Assembly (NCBI GenBank): GCA_964601305.1
Contig: CAZRMW010000007.1
Coordinates: 1-44,535 of the forward strand
Direction: 5' to 3'
DNA length: 44,535 nucleotides
From: an uncultured Candidatus Saccharibacteria bacterium
GTDB lineage: Bacteria > Patescibacteriota > Minisyncoccia > JAHISW01 > Tagabacteraceae
The notes under the pieces: model-generated
Seen by the model: the letters and a program-made list of their open reading frames with translations, nothing else
What the model was told of the DNA's origin: nothing
Database searches by the model: none
Made by a program: the position numbers and the translations under genes
Shown here: positions 1-8,433 of the stretch, piece by piece
How positions within the stretch are numbered: position 1 is the first letter of the stretch
How the letters are laid out: each line of letters starts with the position of its first letter

Positions 1-55
1 CGAACTCCCGTCATCTGCTTGGAAGGCAGAGATTTTACCACTAAACTATACCCGC
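1..55 (-). tRNA. tRNA-Gly(TCC), 3' end cut off by window edge
   Basis: Reverse complement GCGGGTATAGTTTAGTGGTAAAATCTCTGCCTTCCAAGCAGATGACGGGAGTTCG; D arm, anticodon stem TCTGC/GCAGA with loop CT-TCC-AA, start of T loop GTTCG. Confidence 0.93.
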
Positions 56-176
56 GTGTGGATAAATGTGGATAGAATGTGTATAAAAATATACCTCTCT
101 ACCCTAACTTACCCAAATACCTTTATTTTTCAACGTTGTCTGATACTTTTGTCCTATAAAAAGTTATTCACACGTG

Positions 177-250
177 TCGGGATGGCCGGACTCGAACCGG
201 CAACCGCTCGGTCCCAAACCGAGTGCCCTAGCCAATTGGGCCACATCCCG
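177..250 (-). tRNA. tRNA-Pro(TGG)
   Basis: Reverse complement CGGGATGTGGCCCAATTGGCTAGGGCACTCGGTTTGGGACCGAGCGGTTGCCGGTTCGAGTCCGGCCATCCCGA folds as a cloverleaf; anticodon TGG; CCA not encoded. Confidence 0.95.
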
Positions 251-252
251 TG

Positions 253-621
253 TCATAAAATTACATCTTCTAGTACTCTCATTTTACTCTTTTTTGTAAA
301 AGGGTCAAAGAAAACGGCAATTACATCAACCTGAAAGTCTGGAACAGTTTCATATGAAACAAGATAAGTCTCTATTATTCGCGCTAATTTTTTTCTTTTT
401 GAAAAAGTTACGTTCTCTTCAGGTAAATAATCATCAAAATGAGTTTCATATGAAACAGATTTTACTTCAACAAAGTGTAAAATCCCATCTTTTTCTGCAA
501 TTATATCAATTTCTCCCCATTTTTCTCTGTAGTTTTTCTCTAAAATACGAAACTTTTGTTTCACAAGATGTTTCACAGCAATATCTTCACCAATTTTTCC
601 AATTTCGTTGTGTCTAGCCAT
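253..621 (-). CDS. yraN: YraN family (UPF0102) PD-(D/E)xK nuclease-like protein
   Basis: GKIGEDIA...NYREKWGEIDIIA...LHFVEVK motifs; 122 aa. Confidence 0.92.
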   Translation of the reverse strand: MARHNEIGKIGEDIAVKHLVKQKFRILEKNYREKWGEIDIIAEKDGILHFVEVKSVSYETHFDDYLPEENVTFSKRKKLARIIETYLVSYETVPDFQVDVIAVFFDPFTKKSKMRVLEDVIL

Positions 622-631
622 ATATTTAGGT

Positions 632-1825
632 CTATTCTTTCGATTCTATGCCAGTTCCTGTTACTTTGCCTTCCTCAGTAGCTTTTGCAACAGATTCACC
701 AGACCTAGATCGAATATCTAGCTTCCAGCCAGTTAGTTTAGCTGCAAGACGAACATTTTGCCCTCTTTTTCCAATAGCTAGCGAAACCTGATCTTCATCA
801 ACAGTTACAAGAGCTTCTTTGCCCTTCTCTTTTATTTCCACTTCTATTACTTTGGCAGGGGATAGAGCGTTGGTTATAAATACCTCTGGATCTTCAGACC
901 ATTCAACGATATCTATTTTTTCACCTCCTAATTCAGAGATAATTGTACTAACACGCACTCCTTTCTGACCAACACAAGATCCAACAGGGTCTATCTCGTC
1001 TTTTGTTGAAAATACGGCTATTTTAGATCTAGAACCAGCTTCTCTGGCTACATTTTTTATCTCTACAACACCGGTACTTATTTCTGGCACCTCTATCTCG
1101 AAGAGTTTTGTGAGAAATCTAGGGTGGGATCTTGATAAATATATGTTTATTCCTCTTGGATTTTGCTCAATTAAGAAAATAATTGCTTTAATCCTATCTC
1201 CCATGCGATATCTTTCACCCCAGACTTGTTCTTCTCTTGGTAAAACAGCTGTTGCGCGCCCCAAATCCAAGAAAATATTACCTCTTTCCATCCTTTGAAT
1301 GAGCCCACTCACTACTTCACCTTCTTTGTCTTTAAATTCACCATAAATTGACTCTCTTTCTGCTTCTCTAATTCTTTGGATTATTACTTGTTTTCCTGTT
1401 TGTGCAGCAATTCGGCCGTAATCTCCTTTGGATTCAAGAGGAAAAACCAACTCTTCTTCTGGTTTTACGTCTTTTTTGATCTTTTTTGCCTCATCTAGTA
1501 TTATGTGTCTTTCTGGATTAAATCTTATTTTTTTGTCTTCCTCTAATATTTCAGTATCGGACATTTCTTCTTTGTCTGATATCTCGTCTTCGTTAATTTC
1601 AGGCTTTATCATTGTTTCATCTACCACTATTTTTACTTGAGAAAATTTTACTTTTCCTGTTTTCATGTCGAAATTAGCCTTTATTATTTGGCCTCTTTTC
1701 CCATAATCTTTTTTGTAGGCAGCAGCTATGGCGTCTTCAATTGTTTCTATAATTCTTTCTTTAGAAATACCTCGCTCTGCTTCTAGTTGTTCTAATGTAG
1801 ATTCTAATACTTTTAAATCCATCAT
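632..1825 (-). CDS. nusA: Transcription termination/antitermination factor NusA
   Basis: YGRIAAQTGKQVIIQRIREAERE, S1 domain, KH motifs REAGSRSKIAV and AIGKRGQNVRLAAKLTGWKLDI; start trimmed to MMDLK. Confidence 0.97.
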   Translation of the reverse strand: MMDLKVLESTLEQLEAERGISKERIIETIEDAIAAAYKKDYGKRGQIIKANFDMKTGKVKFSQVKIVVDETMIKPEINEDEISDKEEMSDTEILEEDKKIRFNPERHIILDEAKKIKKDVKPEEELVFPLESKGDYGRIAAQTGKQVIIQRIREAERESIYGEFKDKEGEVVSGLIQRMERGNIFLDLGRATAVLPREEQVWGERYRMGDRIKAIIFLIEQNPRGINIYLSRSHPRFLTKLFEIEVPEISTGVVEIKNVAREAGSRSKIAVFSTKDEIDPVGSCVGQKGVRVSTIISELGGEKIDIVEWSEDPEVFITNALSPAKVIEVEIKEKGKEALVTVDEDQVSLAIGKRGQNVRLAAKLTGWKLDIRSRSGESVAKATEEGKVTGTGIESKE

Positions 1826-1951
1826 AATTCTCATATAACATGAAACCTTAAACATGTAACAAAAAACACGAAAAAGACTTCAATATTAATTTTAATTAAC
1901 TTCAATTTAATAATAAAGTCCGCTTGGGAGCGGACCGAAATTTCTACTTTT

Positions 1952-1979
1952 AGTATAAACTATCTAAAAAACTTGTCAA
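1952..1979 (-). promoter_or_regulatory. sigma70-type promoter upstream of nusA
   Basis: Minus strand TTGACA-16 nt-TATACT, followed by hairpin GTCCGCT-CCCA-AGCGGAC in the leader. Confidence 0.6.
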
Positions 1980-2097
1980 ATTTTTATTCTTATTCATTTG
2001 CGTCGACACCCGATGTCGATGTTTTTTAAAAACTTGTCAAATAGTGTGTTTTGTTGTAGCTTGTGATTAGAAAACAAAGAAAAGAAAGGAGTTTTAC

Positions 2098-2517
2098 ATG
2101 GAAAAAGAAAAAGGCTTTATTGTAGGTTTTAATGTTGATTGTCCGAGTTGTAAATCTTCTGGTGTCGAGCTTGAAGAAGTTTCTAAAAAAGAGGGGTGTT
2201 TGGTTTTGCGTTGCCTAGATTGTAGTAAAATTTGGAAAACAAAATTAATATTAGTAATGGGAGATAAAGAAAAAACAAAGAGGGTAGCGAAGATAAAAGG
2301 TCTCATCGAAGAAGTAAGAAGATTTCATCATTCAGACATCAAAGCGCTTTTGGAGAAACCTTTATTAGATCTTTTGCCAAAAGAAGAAACAGTTGTCGGC
2401 AACACAACGATTTCTGGGATGGCTTCACTTATTTCTGATTTTATTTTTTGGAGAGGGTTAGGTATTGATTTGAAAAAAATTACTCCAAATAAATTTTATG
2501 AAATCACCTGTTTGTAG
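2098..2517 (+). CDS. Hypothetical protein with N-terminal zinc-ribbon-like CxxC...CxxC
   Basis: CPSC and CLDC pairs; SD AAGGAG upstream; own terminator downstream. Confidence 0.7.
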   Translation: MEKEKGFIVGFNVDCPSCKSSGVELEEVSKKEGCLVLRCLDCSKIWKTKLILVMGDKEKTKRVAKIKGLIEEVRRFHHSDIKALLEKPLLDLLPKEETVVGNTTISGMASLISDFIFWRGLGIDLKKITPNKFYEITCL

Positions 2518-2534
2518 AAGAGAAAGTAAGATGC

Positions 2535-2559
2535 AAAAACGACGCATAGCGTCGTTTTT
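2535..2559 (+). terminator. Intrinsic terminator
   Basis: AAAAACGACGC-ATA-GCGTCGTTTTT perfect stem with T tail. Confidence 0.75.
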
Positions 2560-2597
2560 CCTTTTGTATTGTTTTTTATTTTGATATAATAAAAGCA

Positions 2598-3548
2598 ATG
2601 AGCAATGTTTCAAACTTTTTTGAATCTTTTAATTTCAAAAAATATTGCAAAGACAATAAGATAAAATTGTGGGAATGTCCGCCATTCATTTTTTTAATGA
2701 TGGGTATTGTTATTGTTTTGTTTATTTTGGCTGCTTATTTTGTTGGAAGAATATATGTAGAGCCACTGTTTGTAGTTCTTATTATTTTTATAGCTACTGT
2801 TATTCTTTTTATTCTTAGTTATATAATTGTCCGGTCTTTTGAAAGAATGGCTTTTGTTTCTAGAGAAAAATCAGAGTTTATAAGTATTATGTCTCATCAG
2901 CTTAGAACACCTCTTTCTGCAATAAAATGGCAATTGGATTTGCTTTTAAGAAGTTCAGCGAGTTTAACAAGCGAAAAAGCAAGGGAGGCTATCCTTGCCG
3001 CTGAAGAACAAAACAACAGAATGATAAAGCTCGCAAACGATATGCTGGAAGTAAATAGACTAGAAAACAACGAGTGTGTATTTGAAAAAGAAACAGTTTC
3101 TTTAAACAGTTTAGTAAAAGAGGCTGTAGATAAAAACAAAAAACAGGCTTCTCTTTTGGGTTCTAAAATAGTTTTTTCAGAGTCTGAAAAAGATATAAAA
3201 GTAAGGGCAGACAAAAACAGACTTGAAACGGTGGTCTCGCACTTATTAGATAATTCTATAAAGTATGGAGATGGGGGAAGAATAAACATATTTCTTGAAG
3301 CTATTGGTAACAAAGCAAGATTTTCTATAAGCGACGAGGGCGTAGGTATACCAAAAGAAGATTTTAATAATATTTTTAAAAAATTTTTTAGAGGAAGTAT
3401 TTCTCGAAAATACAAAAGCGATGGTTTGGGGATAGGTCTTTATATTGCAAAATCGATAATAGATTCTTTTGGTGGGGAAATAAGTTTTTCTAGTATAGAA
3501 GGAAAAGGGACAACTTTTTGGTTCACAATTCCTATTAGTAAAAAATGA
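2598..3548 (+). CDS. Membrane sensor histidine kinase (2 TM, HisKA, HATPase_c)
   Basis: H box SHQLRTPL, N box LLDNSIKY, G1 DEGVGI, G2 GLGIGLYI. Confidence 0.93.
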   Translation: MSNVSNFFESFNFKKYCKDNKIKLWECPPFIFLMMGIVIVLFILAAYFVGRIYVEPLFVVLIIFIATVILFILSYIIVRSFERMAFVSREKSEFISIMSHQLRTPLSAIKWQLDLLLRSSASLTSEKAREAILAAEEQNNRMIKLANDMLEVNRLENNECVFEKETVSLNSLVKEAVDKNKKQASLLGSKIVFSESEKDIKVRADKNRLETVVSHLLDNSIKYGDGGRINIFLEAIGNKARFSISDEGVGIPKEDFNNIFKKFFRGSISRKYKSDGLGIGLYIAKSIIDSFGGEISFSSIEGKGTTFWFTIPISKK

Positions 3549-3934
3549 TGAGTGAAAAAAAACACATTTTATTTATTGAAGACGAAAAAAGACTCCAAGA
3601 GTCGATGGTTTCGGCTTTAAACGAAGAAGGTTTTGACGCTGTTGGTGCCGACGATGGAGAGATGGGAATAAAAATTCTTGACAAAAAAAAAATAGATCTT
3701 GTTCTTTTGGACTTAATACTCCCTCAAAAAGATGGATTTCAGGTTTTAGAGTATATGAAATCTAAAAAGGAGCTGGAAAATATTCCGGTAGTAGTTTTAT
3801 CTAATTTGGAAGAAAAATTTGATATAGATAAAGCTTTGTCGTTTGGAGTGCACTCATATCTTGTAAAAGCTAATTATAGTCTTGGCGAAATTATCAAAAA
3901 AATAAAAGAAATTTTAAATGAAGGTACGGCCTGA
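3545..3934 (+). CDS. Single-domain response regulator (receiver only)
   Basis: ILFIEDE, LLDLILP (phospho-Asp), VVLSN, YLVK; no output domain. Confidence 0.92.
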   Translation: MMSEKKHILFIEDEKRLQESMVSALNEEGFDAVGADDGEMGIKILDKKKIDLVLLDLILPQKDGFQVLEYMKSKKELENIPVVVLSNLEEKFDIDKALSFGVHSYLVKANYSLGEIIKKIKEILNEGTA

Positions 3935-5666
3935 ACAACTGAAAGAATTTTTATTGGATTCTGGCTTGGTCTCTGAAGATATTATTGAAAAGTTTGAAAA
4001 AAGAGCAGTAGAAGAAAAGGTAGAGCTTAGCGACTTGCTTGTAAAGGAAGGAAAACTTTCCGAAGATGATTTAGGGCGTTTACAGGCCTATGTTTTAGGT
4101 ATTCCTTTTGTAAATTTAGAAAAAGAAAAAATAGATTTTAAGGTTTTATCTTATATTCCAGAACCTATAGCAAGATCTTATAATGTTGTCGCTTTTGGTA
4201 AGTCTGGCGATCAGCTTGAAGTAGCAATGTTGGATCCACAAAACCTGGAGGCTATAGATTTTGTAAAAAAGAAGTCTAATTTAAAAATTTTACCTAGGCT
4301 TACAAACAAAGAGTCTATAACGGCAGTTTTAAAACAATACCACAAAAGCCTTGAAGTGGAGTTTGGTGACATTATAAAAAAAGAATCAGCCGAAATAAAA
4401 GTTTTAAGTGAAAAAGATGAAAAGGGCAAGCCTGGCAATCTTAAAAAAATAGCCGAAGAATTGCCGGTTGTGAGGATTGTAGACACTTTGCTCAGGCATG
4501 CCATTATTCAAAGAGCAAGTGATATACACATAGAACCTGTTGAGAAGCAATTGATAGTTCGTTATAGAATAGATGGAATTTTGCACGATGCTATGAATTT
4601 GCCTATAGATATTGCAGATGCGGTGGTAGCTAGGGTAAAAATTCTTTCAAAATTAAAATTAGACGAAAAAAGATTACCACAAGATGGTAGATTTAAAACA
4701 GAAACAGATGGTGAAAAAGTTTCTTTTCGTGTTTCTGTTTTGCCAGTTTATGGTGGAGAAAAAATTGTAATGAGGCTTCTTCGAGAAAATTCCAAGGGGT
4801 TTTCTTTGGAGACGCTTGGTTTTCATGGGGAACAGCTCGAAGCAGTGCACAAAGCTATAAAGCGACCACATGGCATGATATTGGCCACAGGGCCAACTGG
4901 TTGTGGTAAAACAACGACTCTTTACACTGTTTTAGATATTTTAAATACACCAGGGGTAAATATTTCTACTATCGAAGACCCTGTGGAGTATCAAATTCCG
5001 AGAATAAATCAAACACAAGTAAAGCCAGACATCGGGTTTACTTTTGCCAGCGGACTTCGATCGTTGGTGAGGCAAGATCCGGATATAATAATGGTAGGGG
5101 AGATACGAGACAGTGAGACTGCGAGCTTGGCGGTAAACGCAGCGCTTACAGGGCATTTAGTACTTTCTACTCTTCATACTAATTCTGCGGCAGGGGCGCT
5201 TCCAAGGCTTTTGGATATGGGTGTTGAGCCTTTTCTTTTGGCTTCTACACTAAACACTGTTATTGCGCAGAGATTGGTTAGGCAGCTTTATACAAACAAA
5301 GAAGCTTACAAGCTTAGCAAAGAAGATTTGGCAAAACTTGCCGAAGAAATAGACCTAGAGAGACTTTTAGATATTTTGAAAAAACTAAAAGCAGTGAAGA
5401 CTGATGCTACATGGGAAAACATAAATTTTTACAAGCCAGTACCAAGTAATGAAAATCCAGATGGATATAAGAGTAGGGTAGGTATTCATGAGGTGCTAAC
5501 TATTTCAGAAACTATAAAAGAATTAATTGTAAAAAATGCTACTGCTGATGTTGTAGAAGAGCAGGCTAAAAAAGAAGGGATGCTTACAATGTTTGAAGAT
5601 GGCATATTAAAATGCATTCAAGGGCTTACAAGCCTCGAAGAAATCTTTAGAGTAACCAGGGAGTAA
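3918..5666 (+). CDS. pilB: Type IV pilus assembly ATPase PilB / GspE family
   Basis: ASDIHIEP, RLPQDGRF, Walker A GPTGCGKTTT, IEDPVEY, RQDPDIIMVGEIRD, LSTLHTN. Confidence 0.95.
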   Translation: MKVRPEQLKEFLLDSGLVSEDIIEKFEKRAVEEKVELSDLLVKEGKLSEDDLGRLQAYVLGIPFVNLEKEKIDFKVLSYIPEPIARSYNVVAFGKSGDQLEVAMLDPQNLEAIDFVKKKSNLKILPRLTNKESITAVLKQYHKSLEVEFGDIIKKESAEIKVLSEKDEKGKPGNLKKIAEELPVVRIVDTLLRHAIIQRASDIHIEPVEKQLIVRYRIDGILHDAMNLPIDIADAVVARVKILSKLKLDEKRLPQDGRFKTETDGEKVSFRVSVLPVYGGEKIVMRLLRENSKGFSLETLGFHGEQLEAVHKAIKRPHGMILATGPTGCGKTTTLYTVLDILNTPGVNISTIEDPVEYQIPRINQTQVKPDIGFTFASGLRSLVRQDPDIIMVGEIRDSETASLAVNAALTGHLVLSTLHTNSAAGALPRLLDMGVEPFLLASTLNTVIAQRLVRQLYTNKEAYKLSKEDLAKLAEEIDLERLLDILKKLKAVKTDATWENINFYKPVPSNENPDGYKSRVGIHEVLTISETIKELIVKNATADVVEEQAKKEGMLTMFEDGILKCIQGLTSLEEIFRVTRE

Positions 5667-5716
5667 ACTTTATAAAGTTATAAATAATTGACAAACTTTA
5701 TAAAGTTTTGTAAACT
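5666..5716 (+). promoter_or_regulatory. Fic promoter with two palindromic operators
   Basis: TTGACA(5688)-17-TAAACT(5711); palindrome AACTTTATAAAGTT at 5666-5679 and AAACTTTATAAAGTTT at 5693-5708. Confidence 0.75.
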
Positions 5717-5722
5717 TGAGAT

Positions 5723-6640
5723 ATGAATATATCAGAAAAACTTCGATTAATACAAAAAATATCTGGGTTGTCTCAAGAAAAACTAGCGCGAAAACTAGAG
5801 GTTTCTTTTAATACCCTAAATAGCTGGATAAATGAAAAATCGATTCCTCGCAAAAATAAAAATGAAAAAATTGACCAATTATACAAAGAACATACCGGAT
5901 TAAAAATTATATCTAAGGATAAATTAGAAGCGAAGAAAGAAATTATTAAAAATAAGCAAAAAAAATATAAGAATGTTTTGAAAAAAATTCTATCTAATCC
6001 TGATATATACGATCAATTCAGTCTTTCCCTAACATATAATAGCAACAGTATTGAGGGCAGTACTCTAACTAAAAACGAGACGGCCGCAGTGTTGTTTCAA
6101 GATACTTCTTTGCCAAACAAAAGTTTAATAGAGCACTTGGAAACCAAAAATCATCAAACAGCCTTAGAGTATTTATTTCAACACCTTGCCGACAAGAAAA
6201 AAATTAATGAAGATTTAATTTTAAAATTACATGGTATTTTAATGAATAGCATAAGAAGCGATGCTGGCGGGTACCGTAGTCATGCTGTGCGTATTGTTGG
6301 TGCAAATATTGCTACAGCTAATTTTTTAAAAGTTCCAGATTTAATTAAAAATTTAGTAAAAAAAATAAGTTTTTCAAAAGATACCATAAAGAATATTGCT
6401 GAAATTCACAGTAAGTTTGAGCAGATCCACCCATTTTCAGATGGTAATGGTAGGATAGGAAGGCTTTTGATTGTGGCTATGCTTTTAGAAAATAATATTG
6501 CGCCAGCGATTATAAAACAAGAAAAAAGACAGGCCTACATATCTTTTTTGGGAAAATCTCAGCGAACTGGAGATGTTAGTCTTTTGGAGGATTTTGTTTG
6601 CGATGCAATTTTGGAAGGTTATAAATTAATTGAGCGCTAA
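5723..6640 (+). CDS. XRE-type HTH fused to Fic domain (AMPylase)
   Basis: N-terminal HTH LSQEKLARKLEVSFNTLNSW; inhibitory motif SNSIEG; catalytic HPFSDGNGRIGR. Confidence 0.93.
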   Translation: MNISEKLRLIQKISGLSQEKLARKLEVSFNTLNSWINEKSIPRKNKNEKIDQLYKEHTGLKIISKDKLEAKKEIIKNKQKKYKNVLKKILSNPDIYDQFSLSLTYNSNSIEGSTLTKNETAAVLFQDTSLPNKSLIEHLETKNHQTALEYLFQHLADKKKINEDLILKLHGILMNSIRSDAGGYRSHAVRIVGANIATANFLKVPDLIKNLVKKISFSKDTIKNIAEIHSKFEQIHPFSDGNGRIGRLLIVAMLLENNIAPAIIKQEKRQAYISFLGKSQRTGDVSLLEDFVCDAILEGYKLIER

Positions 6641-6671
6641 GGAGAACTTTAGAGTAAAGAGGGAGTAAAAC

Positions 6672-6709
6672 TACCATAGAGTTATAGCTATCGCCTCAAT
6701 TCTATGGTG
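6672..6709 (+). repeat. 38-bp hairpin repeat, copy 1 (copy 2 at 27298-27335)
   Basis: TACCATAGAGTTATAGCTATCGCCTCAATTCTATGGTG; 35/38 identical to copy 2; followed by T run. Confidence 0.85.
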
Positions 6710-6827
6710 GTTTTTTTAACGGCTCATTTGAGTGAGCCGTTAGATTTGTTTGACAAGGTGGCAAAACAATGGTATCTTGTTTTTAGTTTGAAAATTTTAA
6801 TATATAGGCAAACAGGAAGGAGGAAAA

Positions 6828-7976
6828 ATGAATGGCGGACTAGAAAAGACGAAAAACAGGCTAAAGGCGACTATTGTTATTAACAAAGCTGAGATTAGTG
6901 CGAGGGGGCCAGGAGCTTCAGAGAAAAATTGTATGGCCCTGTTAGCTTCTTTATGGGAAGCTGCAGGTATTTTAGGAAAAGAGAATACCGTTTTAGAGAG
7001 AAGTATTTTTGATAAGCATTGGTATGGTAATTCGCCGTTTGTGCGATGCGCTAAAGTAATGGAGGCTTCAGGTATTATTGAAATTGTTAAAATCAATGAT
7101 CGAGGCAATCCGGTTTCTGAAATTCGGCTTCTCAAAAAAGAAATCCCTTTTTCTGAAGGGATGAAAGCTAAAAAATACAAGCCAAAACCAAAAGTTGCCA
7201 AAGAAAAGATTGTCAAAGGAAAAAGGATCGTTGATTTTGCACCAAAAAAGGAGGTAGAAAAAAAGGCCCGGTTGGAAGCAGCTAAAACTCGAGTTTTTGC
7301 AACAGAAAAGATGCCTAAGGAGCACATTTTTACTTTTGTAGATTTGCCAAATTTGTGGGCATCACACATTAGAAACTCAGAGGGTCGTCCGATTGTTGAC
7401 TTGAATCTAATTGAATGGGAGTGGTTTTTTGATTTTATTAGGGAAAGATGTCATTTTGGCAACCATGAATTTCTTAGAAATTTTCTCTGGATGGGCGTTT
7501 ACCATCTTTGCACTGGAGACAAGCTGAAAAGGTTTGGCTCTGTGGAGCAGATACCTCTATACAGAGAGATTAAAAAGGCTGGCTTTGACAATATCTACTT
7601 TCGGAAAAACAAAAGAGACATCGATGCTCCCCTGGCCTCTGATATGTCTTTTGAGATTATGAAAGGTTTTTCTGAAGGAAAAATTAAAAAAGACAATATT
7701 GTTACAGTTGTTTTAGTCTCTGGAGATGGTGGATATAGCACAGGCATCAAAAAACTTAAAAGTTTTTTGCTTGAACAAGGTATTTTAATGCAGGCGATAC
7801 TTTTAAGTTGGAATCATGAACGAATGGGTACCGCAGCGGAGATCAAGAAAGTTGCGGATAAATGGATTAAAGTGGAAGATATTTTAGAAAGGCTTTGTCC
7901 TTCTGCGTACCTAGCTTTTAGGGATTTAGTCGAACCGAAAACAACAATTTCAAAAAAGGAGGTGGTTTATATATAA
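6828..7976 (+). CDS. NYN/LabA (PIN-like) domain protein with N-terminal extension
   Basis: FVDLPN, KRDIDAPL, VLVSGDGGY, ADKWI resemble NYN motifs; SD AGGAGG. Confidence 0.65.
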   Translation: MNGGLEKTKNRLKATIVINKAEISARGPGASEKNCMALLASLWEAAGILGKENTVLERSIFDKHWYGNSPFVRCAKVMEASGIIEIVKINDRGNPVSEIRLLKKEIPFSEGMKAKKYKPKPKVAKEKIVKGKRIVDFAPKKEVEKKARLEAAKTRVFATEKMPKEHIFTFVDLPNLWASHIRNSEGRPIVDLNLIEWEWFFDFIRERCHFGNHEFLRNFLWMGVYHLCTGDKLKRFGSVEQIPLYREIKKAGFDNIYFRKNKRDIDAPLASDMSFEIMKGFSEGKIKKDNIVTVVLVSGDGGYSTGIKKLKSFLLEQGILMQAILLSWNHERMGTAAEIKKVADKWIKVEDILERLCPSAYLAFRDLVEPKTTISKKEVVYI

Positions 7977-8002
7977 AATTTAGCACACCATACTATACAT
8001 GA

Positions 8003-8026
8003 AGCCCCCGACGTATGTCGGGGGCT
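8003..8026. terminator. Hairpin between convergent genes
   Basis: AGCCCCCGAC-GTAT-GTCGGGGGCT perfect 10-bp stem. Confidence 0.65.
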
Positions 8027-8040
8027 GGATTTTTGTCTTT

Positions 8041-8325
8041 TTAAATATTTTTCAGAAGTTTTTCCGCTTCATTTATTATGCAAGTAGCATCTAGTCTGTG
8101 TACTGGGGGTATAGATGTCCTAAAGAAAAGATTTTTAAAAGTTTTTTGGGGAAAATAAGAGCTATTAACATAAAAATGTTTTTTCCGATTTTTTACTTTC
8201 CAAGAAATTATATATTTCTTTTTGTTTTTATCAATCCACAAAAACAAAACAATTTTGTTGTTTATCATAAAAACCCATTTATTATTTTTACGATGAACTA
8301 TATCTATTTGTGTTGTTTTTATCAC
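8041..8325 (-). CDS. Small basic hypothetical protein
   Basis: GTG start with SD AAGGAG; 94 aa; ends just before the 8003-8026 hairpin. Confidence 0.5.
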   Translation of the reverse strand: MIKTTQIDIVHRKNNKWVFMINNKIVLFLWIDKNKKKYIISWKVKNRKKHFYVNSSYFPQKTFKNLFFRTSIPPVHRLDATCIINEAEKLLKNI

Positions 8326-8433
8326 GGCAGACTCCTTTTTGTTTTTTCAATCTTGTCTGCCTCTGGCAGATTCTGTGGACAGATTAACATTTTTAAAGCT
8401 GAAACTCAACTTTATTTAAGGTATAATTAACAT

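Noticed and set aside
56-334. 92-aa plus-strand ORF
   Set aside because: Antisense to tRNA-Pro and the yraN end; no recognisable protein features
6797-7369. 190-aa minus-strand ORF and the other antisense ORFs in the track
   Set aside because: Shadow frames of well-supported genes on the opposite strand
8098-8430. 110-aa plus-strand ORF upstream of pilC
   Set aside because: Phe/Ile-rich shadow of the SD-led minus-strand ORF 8041..8325
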